From the NCBI GenBank assembly GCA_965214935.1, contig CBDCCS010000021.1, forward strand, positions 96,001 through 160,000: a DNA stretch of 64,000 nucleotides, written 5' to 3'. The notes under the pieces are model-generated. The model did not search any database and was not told where the DNA came from. It saw only the letters and a list, made by a program, of their open reading frames with translations. This DNA is from Candidatus Velthaea sp. Its GTDB lineage: Bacteria > Vulcanimicrobiota > Vulcanimicrobiia > Vulcanimicrobiales > Vulcanimicrobiaceae. This document shows positions 1 to 9,170 of the stretch, piece by piece (the stretch's first letter is position 1; each line of letters starts with the position of its first letter). Made by a program: the position numbers and the translations under genes.

Positions 1-22
1 GCCCTTTCGCATTGCCGCAGTT

Positions 23-2734
23 ATGCTGTGTATCTGCGCGTTTGACGCGGCGCTCGGTAGTGCGCGGGCGCCGCTACCTGTCCTCGCCGCGGCGGCAGCG
101 GCCGCGGCGCTCGGGACGCTTGCGCTGGCGCTGCTCTGGAATCGGCCGAAGATCGCGACGGCGCTCGGGCTCGTGTTGCTCAGCGTTGCATTCGCCGCCG
201 GAGCTCTGCTCGGCGGAACGGCCGACGGTTCGGGGGCGCTCGCCTTCGGTGGTCTAACGCCCGGCGACTCCGCAGCAGCGGTGCTTGCGCTCGAACTCGC
301 ATTGGCGGCACTGTTCGGTACGCTGCTGCTGCGCAACCCGCTTGCGCGCGTCGCAGCCGTTGCCTTTGCCGCCTTCGTGCTCGTGCCGACATTACTGAGC
401 ATCGGTCACGGTGGCTTGCGCGCAGCGCTCGCGCAAGGATCGCTCGCGGCGTTCAAGGGCACATTGGCCGGGATTCTCGCCGCGCTGCCGCTTGCGGCGG
501 TCGCTTGCGTGCTCGCGACCGTTTGGCTCGTTCGACGCCGCGGCTTGCGCGCGGTGGTTGCCGGGGCTCTCGCCGTCTCGCTTTTCGCCGCCAATCAACT
601 GGGATCGGTCGTCGCAGTCGACGCCGGGTTCCCCGCCTACATCGCGTATCGCAACCCGGCGGCAGTTGCGACGCCCCTCACGCCGTCCGCAAACGAGGCC
701 GTTGCCGCCGCATCTCCGGCGCCCGCGGGCCGCGCGGATCCGCTGCTTGCCGGGCTCGGGCCGGGCGAGATCGATGCGGGCGACACGTCGAGCGAACTCG
801 GCGCTGCGCCGGTGGCCGCAATGCAAGACGCGGTTTCGGCGCTTTCAGCCGGCCGCGAGTCGCCCTCGGCTGCGCAAGCACAGGCCGCAGCGCTACGGGC
901 CGTTGCGCAAAGCATTCCCGAGCGCGAATATTCGCTGCACGCACTCGCGGCGTCGCTGCCCGATGACGCTTCTGCCGTCTACGCATTCGTTCGCGATGCG
1001 ATCGATATCGATCCATACGACGGCGTGATGCGCGGAGCGCTCGGGACGTGGCTCAGCCGCGCCGGCAGCTCCTCTGATAAGACATTGCTCCTTGCGTGGC
1101 TGCTGACGCAGAAGCACTATGCGGTAACGTTCGTACGCGGAACACTTTCTGACGACGAACGCCGCGCGATCGCGAACGTCGCGCCGCATGCATCGCGTGC
1201 GATCCCCGCCAACGCGACGCCGTACTTCGACGCGCTCGAAAAGAAAAGCGATGCGTTTGCATCCTGGTCGCAAGGAGCGCTGGCAGCGGCAAAAATCCGC
1301 GTGGGCGAAATGCCGCAGCCCTTCGAACGCCTTGCTGCGCGCCACTACTGGTTGCAGATCGTGCGTGATGGTAAGACAGTCGACCTCGATCCGACCATCG
1401 CATCGATGAGCGAAGGCCGGCATCTCGGGCAGCAGGACGCGGCGTTCGCGGCGGTTACGGCATTGCCGCGGGACGAATACCACCACGTCACGTTCAACGT
1501 CGTCGCGAACGGTACGAGCGGCAACTCCAAACGCGTCATCATGAGCTATGCGGCGCGCACGGCCGATATCGCGTATTCACCCGTACGGCTCGGCTTCGGA
1601 CGAAAGCCGGACGCGGTGACGTTCGACGGTGCTCTGCAGGTCGGATCGAAGATGATGTCCGAGGCATCCATTAAGCCCGCGGACGTCGCGAGCGTCGCCT
1701 TCGAGATCGTGCGCGACGGTCCTGGGTTTGCGCAGCGCATCGACCGGCGCTGGATACTAGCGCCCGCTGGAACGCCCGAAAGCCGCGCCGATCAGCTGCA
1801 ATCGCTCGTCAGTCTTTTGGTTACGCCCGGTCGCGGTGCGAACGCTTTTTCGACGCGCGAGCAATACCTCACCCTCGCGCAGATTTGCGACGACCGCACC
1901 GCTGTAGCGAACGGCACACCGCTGCAGCGAACATATTTCTATCCCGTGCGCATCGCGGATTTCTTCGTGCGCGACGATCTCGCCGCGCAGCGCGCAGCGG
2001 ACGGAACGGCGGTTGCGCTCGCGCGTTCGCGCGCCGATATCGCGCTGCAGCAGACCGTACGGGCCGGATCCCAAGGAACGGTCCGCGTGACATTTGACAT
2101 CGTCGACAACGCGATGTCGTCGCTCCACGGTGAGGGAGCTGATGTCGCGCGCGTCAATCTCGCGCGCGGCTACGCCGACACGCGGCTCGAACGCGACGTA
2201 TCGGAGGCTCCAGCCTCGTACGGAACGATCGCCCTCTTCGAGAACGCCGGCACCGCCGCGACGCAGGTCGTCGCCGATGCGTCCGCAGGGCAGACGCTGC
2301 GCGTTTCGCCCGAACTGCGCGACGGTCTCGATCAAACGTTCGCAAGTGGCGAAGTCGCGCTCGCTCCGGCTCAGCCGGTCGCGCTCGACGGTCACGACGC
2401 GTTCGGCTGGTGGGCCGTCGATCCGGCGACGGGCAATTCCGTCGGGCGCATGACGGGCGCGAAAGGAGACGCAATGGCCGAGTACACCGCGATCTTGCGC
2501 ACTGTGGCCTTCATAAATATTGGCTACGGCGGCGCGCAGGTCGCCAAACGATGTTCCGCCGGCAGCACGTTTTCAGAATCCGGTTGTACGGTTGCGGTGT
2601 GCGGATTGATCGTGGCCCTCGCACTCGGATATGCAGCCGGTCCCGCTAGCTTAGTGGCCCGGATGCCGGTTGCTGCGGGAGGCGCGAGCGCGGGTCTGGC
2701 CTGCCAGCAAACGGACTTGACCTTCTCACCGTGA
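23..2734 (+). CDS. Membrane-anchored transglutaminase-like domain protein, possibly 5'-truncated by window edge
   Basis: Several N-terminal hydrophobic helices; YAFVRDAI..DPYDGVMRGALGTWLSRAGSSSDKTLLLAWLL, HYWLQ and DLDPT resemble the transglutaminase-like core; frame is open to the window edge. Confidence 0.65.
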   Translation: MLCICAFDAALGSARAPLPVLAAAAAAAALGTLALALLWNRPKIATALGLVLLSVAFAAGALLGGTADGSGALAFGGLTPGDSAAAVLALELALAALFGTLLLRNPLARVAAVAFAAFVLVPTLLSIGHGGLRAALAQGSLAAFKGTLAGILAALPLAAVACVLATVWLVRRRGLRAVVAGALAVSLFAANQLGSVVAVDAGFPAYIAYRNPAAVATPLTPSANEAVAAASPAPAGRADPLLAGLGPGEIDAGDTSSELGAAPVAAMQDAVSALSAGRESPSAAQAQAAALRAVAQSIPEREYSLHALAASLPDDASAVYAFVRDAIDIDPYDGVMRGALGTWLSRAGSSSDKTLLLAWLLTQKHYAVTFVRGTLSDDERRAIANVAPHASRAIPANATPYFDALEKKSDAFASWSQGALAAAKIRVGEMPQPFERLAARHYWLQIVRDGKTVDLDPTIASMSEGRHLGQQDAAFAAVTALPRDEYHHVTFNVVANGTSGNSKRVIMSYAARTADIAYSPVRLGFGRKPDAVTFDGALQVGSKMMSEASIKPADVASVAFEIVRDGPGFAQRIDRRWILAPAGTPESRADQLQSLVSLLVTPGRGANAFSTREQYLTLAQICDDRTAVANGTPLQRTYFYPVRIADFFVRDDLAAQRAADGTAVALARSRADIALQQTVRAGSQGTVRVTFDIVDNAMSSLHGEGADVARVNLARGYADTRLERDVSEAPASYGTIALFENAGTAATQVVADASAGQTLRVSPELRDGLDQTFASGEVALAPAQPVALDGHDAFGWWAVDPATGNSVGRMTGAKGDAMAEYTAILRTVAFINIGYGGAQVAKRCSAGSTFSESGCTVAVCGLIVALALGYAAGPASLVARMPVAAGGASAGLACQQTDLTFSP

Positions 2735-2801
2735 CCGCCGCGATAGAAAACCTGCTGCTCGACCGCGTGCGTGCCCGAGCGCCGCAGTTGGTCATGCCGC
2801 A

Positions 2802-3404
2802 TTAATCGTTGTTTCGACTGGCGAGTTCGGACCAGAATCGGATCGGCTTGACCGGACCAACGATAGGTCGTGACGCGTTACCGAACTCACGGTCGAAAAA
2901 GTCGGCGAGGTCTACGCCATAGTAGATGACGTCCGATTGATAGATCGAGAAAATGGGATTTCCGGATTCGTTGGGTTCGGTCGGCAGATAGCGATGGGAA
3001 ACGAGAGGGACCAACTTGGGCGCTCGGCTTACGACGTCGCGCAGAACCTCCGCGCGCGTTTCGGCCGTAGCAGGGCGCTCGCCCCATTCCGGCCACCATA
3101 CGTCGTTGTGCTCGACGTCAAAAAGCAAGCCGCGCAACGGCCATGCCAGCATTTCTCGGATCGTCTCTCCGTCGCACCTCCAATCATAGCTGAGAACCGG
3201 TCGGCGCTCCAAAAAGAAGGCAATGAGATCCGGCGGAAACGTGAGCCCGAATGTTTCCTGCGCGCGATCGAGGTCGTGCGGTTCGTAACCTTCGGCCCAC
3301 ATGCGGCCCTGGGCACGGCGACTGCGCTCGAAGTTGCTCATCCTAATCTCTGGTCCGAGACGAAGATCGTCGGCTTTTGCCGGGTCATTGCGGGGTGTCG
3401 TCAT
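2802..3404 (-). CDS. SMI1/KNR4 (SUKH)-like protein
   Basis: AQETFGLTFPPDLIAF, APKLVPLVSHRYLP, GNPIFSIYQSDVIYYGVDLADF. Confidence 0.75.
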   Translation of the reverse strand: MTTPRNDPAKADDLRLGPEIRMSNFERSRRAQGRMWAEGYEPHDLDRAQETFGLTFPPDLIAFFLERRPVLSYDWRCDGETIREMLAWPLRGLLFDVEHNDVWWPEWGERPATAETRAEVLRDVVSRAPKLVPLVSHRYLPTEPNESGNPIFSIYQSDVIYYGVDLADFFDREFGNASRPIVGPVKPIRFWSELASRNND

Positions 3405-3490
3405 CGAAGTGCCTTTCGCGCTCGCGCTCGCTTGGGCTCGCGTGGAGCCGATTCGGTACAGCCGGTTCGTTCGTAAGTCGGCGGCGTGAT

Positions 3491-5896
3491 TCAGGTGCGC
3501 ACGAGTTCAACTCGGCGGTTGAGCGCCTTGCCGGCCTCGGTCTGATTCGAGGCAACGGGCTTCGTAAGCCCGAGGCCGGCCGCGTGCAGACGATCGCGTC
3601 GCACGCGATAGCGCGCAACGAGGTCGTCGACCACGGAATCCGCACGGCGCAGGCTGAGGTCGAGATTGTACGCAGCGCCGCCATCGCTGTCGGTGTGCCC
3701 CTCGACGCGTAACGTCCAATCGCGATGAGCCGCGAGCACCTGCGCGATTTGCGCGATCGTTGCTTCGGAGACCGGTTGGATCGTTGCGCTCGCGATGTCG
3801 AAGTGGATGCCGTAGAGTCGCACGCGATGCTGGGATTCGAACGCTTTGGCGAGCGGGATCGAACCGTCGATAAAGATCGTGGCTTCGGCGCTCGCACCGT
3901 ACGGGCCAAACGCCTTGACGGCAAACGCGTGCGATCCGCTCCAACCGTTCGGTAGTAAGACGGTCGCGGCCACGGCGTGCGCGCCGCCTCCGGAAAGTCG
4001 CACGCGAGTGGGCGTCACGCGAGCGGCGAAGCGCGCGTCGCCTTCGATCGAAAGTTTCACATCCTGCTCGATCGTTGGTTTCGCGGTCGAGACGAGCTGC
4101 ATCGGCACGTTGAGAACGACGGCTTTTCCGGCCGGCAGCGCCCGGTCGACCGACGGATACAGCGCGAGCGCGGACGCGACGCGCGCGTTGCAGGGCAGAT
4201 CGGCCCCCGTCCGCTGCGCATACTCTAATTCCGCCAGACGACGGGCAGCGGGAATGGCCGCTTTGAGATCGTCGCGATCGAAGCCGTCGTAAATGATAAG
4301 GCCACGGCCATATCGCGCATACGCCTGCACCCACCCGTTCGCGTGGACGGCATTGGTTGCGAAAAGATGACCGCACCAGTGCGGATCGTCGGTCTTCATG
4401 AGATCCGCGTCGCCAATCTGCTGCGCGGTCGATGCAAGATACGCCTCGACGTCCAGGAAATGCGCCGCGTCGCTACGCGTTGCGCCGAGCGTCGAAGGAT
4501 CCGCTATGGCGAGCACCTTACCACGCGCGCCCATTGCTCCGGTCGCCTTCGTGGAAAAACGAAAGGGCAAAAATGTGTAGTCCGAACGCGAGCACATATC
4601 GGCATCTCGGATGATAAGCTTGTGGCCCGCGCCGATCCAATCCAGCAGCAACCGTTGGCGGCGCGGTGAGAGATCGGTCGAAGCCGAGCAATCGCCGTCC
4701 AAGACGGCGAAATCCGCATGCTGCAATTGCGACGACGCCAGCAACGGTGCAAAATGCCGCTCGAAACGTAAGTGCGGAAAGGCGGCTGCACCGACTTCCG
4801 GTGCATCTTCCGCGAGCACGCGCTCGAAGGTCGCGACGACCGGCCCCGTGCCGGCCGACATCGATCCACACGCGGGCAACGCTCGTACGCGCAGCGCCAG
4901 GATCGGCTGATTGCCGTCGCTGCCGATGAGTACGTTGCCGTTGCCGGCGAGCTGCAACGCGCCGGCGCCCTCGCGTGCTACACCGTCGCTGAGCGGCGCC
5001 TGCCATGGATCGTAGCGATCGAAGCACCGGAACAACGTGAAGCGGCCGTCCTCGACAATGGCGGCCCGCTCGTCGTCGTTGCGGTTCGGCGACGGGGCCG
5101 TGTCCGGAACCCGACCGCGCATCCCGCCGAATTGCGTCGCCGTGCCGGTCGGCGCAAGGTTGAGCCACAATCCGTTGAGCGCACCGGGTTGCGGCGCTCC
5201 GGGCGTCCCGGTCGCGGTCGCCGACGCGATGCGCAGCGGATCGCTCGCGGTCTTCATAACCGTGAAGCGCACGAAACGCGCGTTCGCCCCGATGACGAGA
5301 CTGCGCTCGGTGTCGCTGTCGGCGGGCAGCGCAATCGGCACGATCCCCACATCGCGCAAATGGTGGACGTCACTTCCAATGGCCACCGCAACCCGGGCCG
5401 GCTTGGTGCCGCGCAGCGCGATGCCGACGCGCTCGACATGCGCGATCGCGGGAAGTTCGTAGAGGAACGCGACGGGTCGCTTGAACGACGGCGTGAGGGC
5501 GATGCTGCCCGTGTTCTGCGGAAGATTTTGCGGGCTGTCTTGCAAACCGCCGACCGTCCAACTGCGCACGAACGCGCCATTCATTGCGCTCAACAGATTC
5601 GAATCAGACGCGCGCGACGGCGCGGGTGACGGTGTCGGCGACGGATTGCCGCCGCTCGCAGCTTCGGAGCTCGACGGGATAACCGACGGGACGATCGGAG
5701 CGGTAATGCTTGGAGTCGCCGACGGCGTGGCAAGCGCGACCGGCGTGATCGGAGGCGTCGATGTCGTCGCGGGCGGAGAACCCGAGAAAAAACGGAGCGC
5801 AAAAAGAGCGATCGCGCCAAGCACGACGATCGCGCCGGCGGCTAGCAGACGGACGTTCAAGCGTGGCGACCCCACGGTGATGCCCAGGTCGTGCAC
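3491..5896 (-). CDS. Multidomain OmpA-family peptidoglycan-binding protein
   Basis: N-terminal TM helix, Pro/Ser/Thr linker, C-terminal IHFD...VEGHTDSDG...NLDLSLRRA...NRRVEL; start uncertain. Confidence 0.85.
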   Translation of the reverse strand: MHDLGITVGSPRLNVRLLAAGAIVVLGAIALFALRFFSGSPPATTSTPPITPVALATPSATPSITAPIVPSVIPSSSEAASGGNPSPTPSPAPSRASDSNLLSAMNGAFVRSWTVGGLQDSPQNLPQNTGSIALTPSFKRPVAFLYELPAIAHVERVGIALRGTKPARVAVAIGSDVHHLRDVGIVPIALPADSDTERSLVIGANARFVRFTVMKTASDPLRIASATATGTPGAPQPGALNGLWLNLAPTGTATQFGGMRGRVPDTAPSPNRNDDERAAIVEDGRFTLFRCFDRYDPWQAPLSDGVAREGAGALQLAGNGNVLIGSDGNQPILALRVRALPACGSMSAGTGPVVATFERVLAEDAPEVGAAAFPHLRFERHFAPLLASSQLQHADFAVLDGDCSASTDLSPRRQRLLLDWIGAGHKLIIRDADMCSRSDYTFLPFRFSTKATGAMGARGKVLAIADPSTLGATRSDAAHFLDVEAYLASTAQQIGDADLMKTDDPHWCGHLFATNAVHANGWVQAYARYGRGLIIYDGFDRDDLKAAIPAARRLAELEYAQRTGADLPCNARVASALALYPSVDRALPAGKAVVLNVPMQLVSTAKPTIEQDVKLSIEGDARFAARVTPTRVRLSGGGAHAVAATVLLPNGWSGSHAFAVKAFGPYGASAEATIFIDGSIPLAKAFESQHRVRLYGIHFDIASATIQPVSEATIAQIAQVLAAHRDWTLRVEGHTDSDGGAAYNLDLSLRRADSVVDDLVARYRVRRDRLHAAGLGLTKPVASNQTEAGKALNRRVELVRT

Positions 5897-6066
5897 GAGT
5901 TCGTTGAGTCAAATATCGCGTGCGTCTCCGAATGGATGGATGATCGTAGCGTCGCACGGCCGTTGCGAGCCGGCAACCAACGACTCACACAACTAATTCG
6001 CACAAGTATCGCCGACGCTGGACGAGATGCCGCCGGCATGTGAGAGTGGGTCCATTGGAGGGATCT

Positions 6067-6576
6067 ATGTCTGACGTCAAAGGCGCGCTCGTCGCGCTCG
6101 TTCTCGTCGCCGGCGTTCTCGGTTCTACAAGCCAAGTACAAGCCGATGCGATTTCCGATCAAAAACAAGTCTTCGCGAAGCTCGGCATGAAGTTTGAAAA
6201 AACGAACAAATGCACGTTCTTTACCAAAGCCGATGCGGAGCGCGCATTACATGGCCCCGTCGTATATCTCCCATCGGAAGTCGACCCGTCGAATTGCGCT
6301 TGGGCGCTAGCCAAAGATTCGGCGGTTGGGGTCACCGTCTCGCGCGAAACGCCGCCGTTGTATGCGCCCAAACCGGGAACCGCGTACGTTACGCAGATTC
6401 GCCATGTTACGGGCGTCGGTAAGGACGCGTACACCTACTATGCGAACGCGGGCGCCGGCGGCGTGTACACTGCCGATGTTCTCACGGACAAAGGTGTCAC
6501 CAGCGTTGTGCTGCCCGAGAAAGCCGGGAATGCAGCGACCGCCCTCACCATCGCGCGCATGGTCATGAATCGCTAA
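6067..6576 (+). CDS. Secreted hypothetical protein
   Basis: GGAGGG before ATG 6067; signal peptide ending VQA-D; two Cys; GVGKDAY motif. Confidence 0.7.
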   Translation: MSDVKGALVALVLVAGVLGSTSQVQADAISDQKQVFAKLGMKFEKTNKCTFFTKADAERALHGPVVYLPSEVDPSNCAWALAKDSAVGVTVSRETPPLYAPKPGTAYVTQIRHVTGVGKDAYTYYANAGAGGVYTADVLTDKGVTSVVLPEKAGNAATALTIARMVMNR

Positions 6577-6590
6577 GCGCGGAACAAATC

Positions 6591-6621
6591 CCACGCCGTC
6601 GCGACCGACGCGGCGGCGTGG
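6591..6621 (+). terminator. Hairpin after the secreted-protein gene
   Basis: CCACGCCGTCGCG-ACCGA-CGCGGCGGCGTGG, 13-bp stem with one G:U; no U-tract. Confidence 0.45.
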
Positions 6622-6705
6622 AGATCTACAATCGATGCACCGCAAACGCGCCCGCAGCGCGAGGCTGCAATCAACAAACTTCGAGTCGAATTGAAAGCGC
6701 AAATG

Positions 6706-6723
6706 AACCCCGGAAGCGGGGTT
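6706..6723 (-). terminator. Hairpin immediately 3' of tRNA-Glu
   Basis: AACCCCG-GAAG-CGGGGTT perfect 7-bp stem, followed on the minus strand by CATTT. Confidence 0.5.
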
Positions 6724-6726
6724 GTA

Positions 6727-6801
6727 TGGTAGCGCCAACGGGAGTTGAACCCGTCTCTCCGCCTTGAAAGGGCAGCGTCCTAACCGATAGACTATAGCGC
6801 C
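6727..6801 (-). tRNA. tRNA-Glu (TTC)
   Basis: Minus strand GGCGCTATAGTCTATCGGTTAGGACGCTGCCCTTTCAAGGCGGAGAGACGGGTTCAACTCCCGTTGGCGCTACCA folds as a cloverleaf; CCA encoded. Confidence 0.95.
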
Positions 6802-6873
6802 ACGCAGTATGTGTAGACGGCGCGACTCGCCGTTGAGTTGCCGGGCCATCGGCGGAAGCGGCCGCGAGTCTCG

Positions 6874-6945
6874 TGGGCCCGGCTGGATTCGAACCAGCGC
6901 GCTACCAGTTATGAGCCGGCTGCTCTACCGCTGAGCTACAGGCCC
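6874..6945 (-). tRNA. tRNA with CAT anticodon, probably tRNA-Ile2 (elongator Met not excluded)
   Basis: Minus strand GGGCCTGTAGCTCAGCGGTAGAGCAGCCGGCTCATAACTGGTAGCGCGCTGGTTCGAATCCAGCCGGGCCCA; followed by CGA, so CCA not encoded; lacks initiator features. Confidence 0.9.
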
Positions 6946-7115
6946 GCAAGCCACCGAAGTTTGCCCGCCGGCCGCGCAGGACCCTGCTTATAGCGGCTTG
7001 CCAAGAGCGAGCGGTACAAGAGCTTCTACGCGACATTCCGGCGCCGGCGTGCCTAGTGTATGTTCGCCGTACGGCTTCCCGGTACGATCGGCGCGACAGC
7101 GAAAGGAGCCATGGA

Positions 7116-7448
7116 ATGTTCGCGAGTCAGGGGGCGGCGGGCGCTGCAATTGCAGCGATGCTATTTTGCAATCTCACCATTGTGGCTGCGAGCGGTTCGC
7201 GAGCGGCCGCGCAAACACGCGCGACGGCCGGACTTGGCCCGCCGTTGAGTCGATGGCCGGTACCGGTGTACGCGTCGATACGTCCGATTCCGTCGACCGC
7301 GTTATCGGCTGGTATCGCGCTGCGTTGAAAGACCGCGCTGCTCAATCACGGCCGAATCACGCAACTTGCCGTCGATGGCGGCAGCTATGTGATCAACGTT
7401 CTCAAGAACGGCGCCGGCGGCGCCGGCATTAACGTCATCAAAAACTGA
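7116..7448 (+). pseudogene. Frameshifted secreted-protein gene
   Basis: AAGGAG then ATG 7116, signal-like N-terminus to PVPVYA; protein-like text continues in a second frame (DTSDSVDRVIGWYRAALK) and a third (LAVDGGSYVINVLKNGAGGAGINVIKN*). Confidence 0.55.
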
Positions 7449-7580
7449 CCGAGCGACACGCAATTCACTGCGCAAAACCTGCGTCGCAAGCGGTAAGCTC
7501 CAACGTGTGTCGCTTTGCTGCAACGACAAGCGACCGATTCTCTTGCAGTTGATTGCATGGCAAGCGCGTACAGGCTCAGC

Positions 7581-9167
7581 ATGGAATCGTCGACACCGTA
7601 TGCCGAACGCGTCGAAGTTCGCGGTAGCTTTCGGCATGCGCCGCCCGTCGCCGAGCGGTCCGGTGCACCGAATCCCGACGATCGTACATCGGTTACCGTC
7701 ATGCTGCGTGCGCGAGTATCGAGCTTGGCAACCGCGCAGCATCTATCGACCGTGGCGCCGGCCGAGCGAACGTATCTTACGCGCGAACAATTCGCCGCAC
7801 AACACGGCGCCGATCCGGCCGACATCATCGCAGTCGAACGCTTTGCGCTCGACGCGGGTTTGCTGATCGTGCAGGCCGATGCGGCTCGCCGCGCCGTGGT
7901 GCTCGAAGGGACGATCGCTGCATTAACCGCGGCGTTCGAGGCGCAACTAGAAATGTACACTCAGGCGGGTACGCTGTTCCGCGGCCGCTCCGGTTCGATG
8001 ACGGTTCCGGCGGCGATCGGCGCGATCGTGCAAGGCGTCTTCGGTCTCGACGAACGGCCGCAAGCCAGCGCGCATTTTCGCTGGCACGCCGCGCGTCCGG
8101 CCGCCGCTGCTGCAACCGCGTTTACACCGATACAAATTGCGCGCGCGTACAATTTTCCAACCGGCGTTGACGGCCGTGGCCAAACAATCGCGCTCATCGA
8201 ACTCGGCGGCGGCTATACGCCGTCCGACCTCAGCACCTATTTTGCCAATCTCGGCGTTACCGCGCCTGTGGTGACGAGCGTCGGCGTCGACGGCGCAAGC
8301 AATACGCCGACCGGAACGCCCAATAGCGCCGACGGCGAAGTCGCGCTCGACATTGAAGTTGCCGGCGCGATTGCGCCCGGTGCCAAGATTGTAGTGTATT
8401 TCGGACCGAATACGGATCAAGGCTTTCTCGACGCGATAACGACCGCGATTCACGACACCGCAAACAAACCGACGATCGTTTCAATTAGTTGGGGCGGGCC
8501 GGAGTCAACGTGGACGGCGCAGGCGCTGCAAAACTTCGACAGTGCGTTTGCCGATGCCGCAACGTTGGGCATCACGGTCTGCGTTGCCGCAGGCGACAAC
8601 GGCTCAGCCGACGGCGTTAGCGACGGCAAAGCACACGTCGACTTCCCGGCTTCGAGCCCGCACGTTCTGGCCTGCGGTGGAACGAGTCTGCGTCTAAGCG
8701 GAACGACCATCAGCAGCGAAACGGTGTGGAACGACGGCGCTACGGGCGGTGCGACAGGCGGCGGCGTGAGCGACGTATTCGCGCTGCCGGCGTGGCAGCA
8801 ATCGGCCGGCGTTCCGCCGTCGATCAACCCGGGTGCGCACGTCGGCCGAGGCGTGCCGGATGTTGCCGGCGATGCGGATCCGCAAACGGGTTACGATACG
8901 CTCATCGACGGCCAGAACGGCGTCGTCGGCGGCACGAGCGCCGTTGCGCCGTTATGGGCCGCGCTCGCTGCGCTCATCAATCACCAGTCGGGCAAGCCGA
9001 TCGGCTTCGTCAACGCGCAACTCTACACGCAACGATCGGCGTTCAACGACATAACGAACGGCAACAACGGAGCGTACTCCGCGCGGCCCGGCTGGGACGC
9101 ATGCACGGGCCTGGGCAGCCCCGACGGCACGCGCATCGCCGCCGTTATCGGCAGCTCGGCAACGTAA
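7581..9167 (+). CDS. S53 family peptidase (kumamolisin/sedolisin-like) with prodomain
   Basis: DGEVALDIE, SISWG, AAGDNG, GRGVPDVAG, GGTSAVAP, GWDACTGLGSP. Confidence 0.95.
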   Translation: MESSTPYAERVEVRGSFRHAPPVAERSGAPNPDDRTSVTVMLRARVSSLATAQHLSTVAPAERTYLTREQFAAQHGADPADIIAVERFALDAGLLIVQADAARRAVVLEGTIAALTAAFEAQLEMYTQAGTLFRGRSGSMTVPAAIGAIVQGVFGLDERPQASAHFRWHAARPAAAAATAFTPIQIARAYNFPTGVDGRGQTIALIELGGGYTPSDLSTYFANLGVTAPVVTSVGVDGASNTPTGTPNSADGEVALDIEVAGAIAPGAKIVVYFGPNTDQGFLDAITTAIHDTANKPTIVSISWGGPESTWTAQALQNFDSAFADAATLGITVCVAAGDNGSADGVSDGKAHVDFPASSPHVLACGGTSLRLSGTTISSETVWNDGATGGATGGGVSDVFALPAWQQSAGVPPSINPGAHVGRGVPDVAGDADPQTGYDTLIDGQNGVVGGTSAVAPLWAALAALINHQSGKPIGFVNAQLYTQRSAFNDITNGNNGAYSARPGWDACTGLGSPDGTRIAAVIGSSAT

Positions 9168-9170
9168 CGT

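Noticed and set aside
1..6726. att-site duplicate of the tRNA-Glu 3' end
   Set aside because: No copy found in the window; it could lie outside, so island status is unproven.
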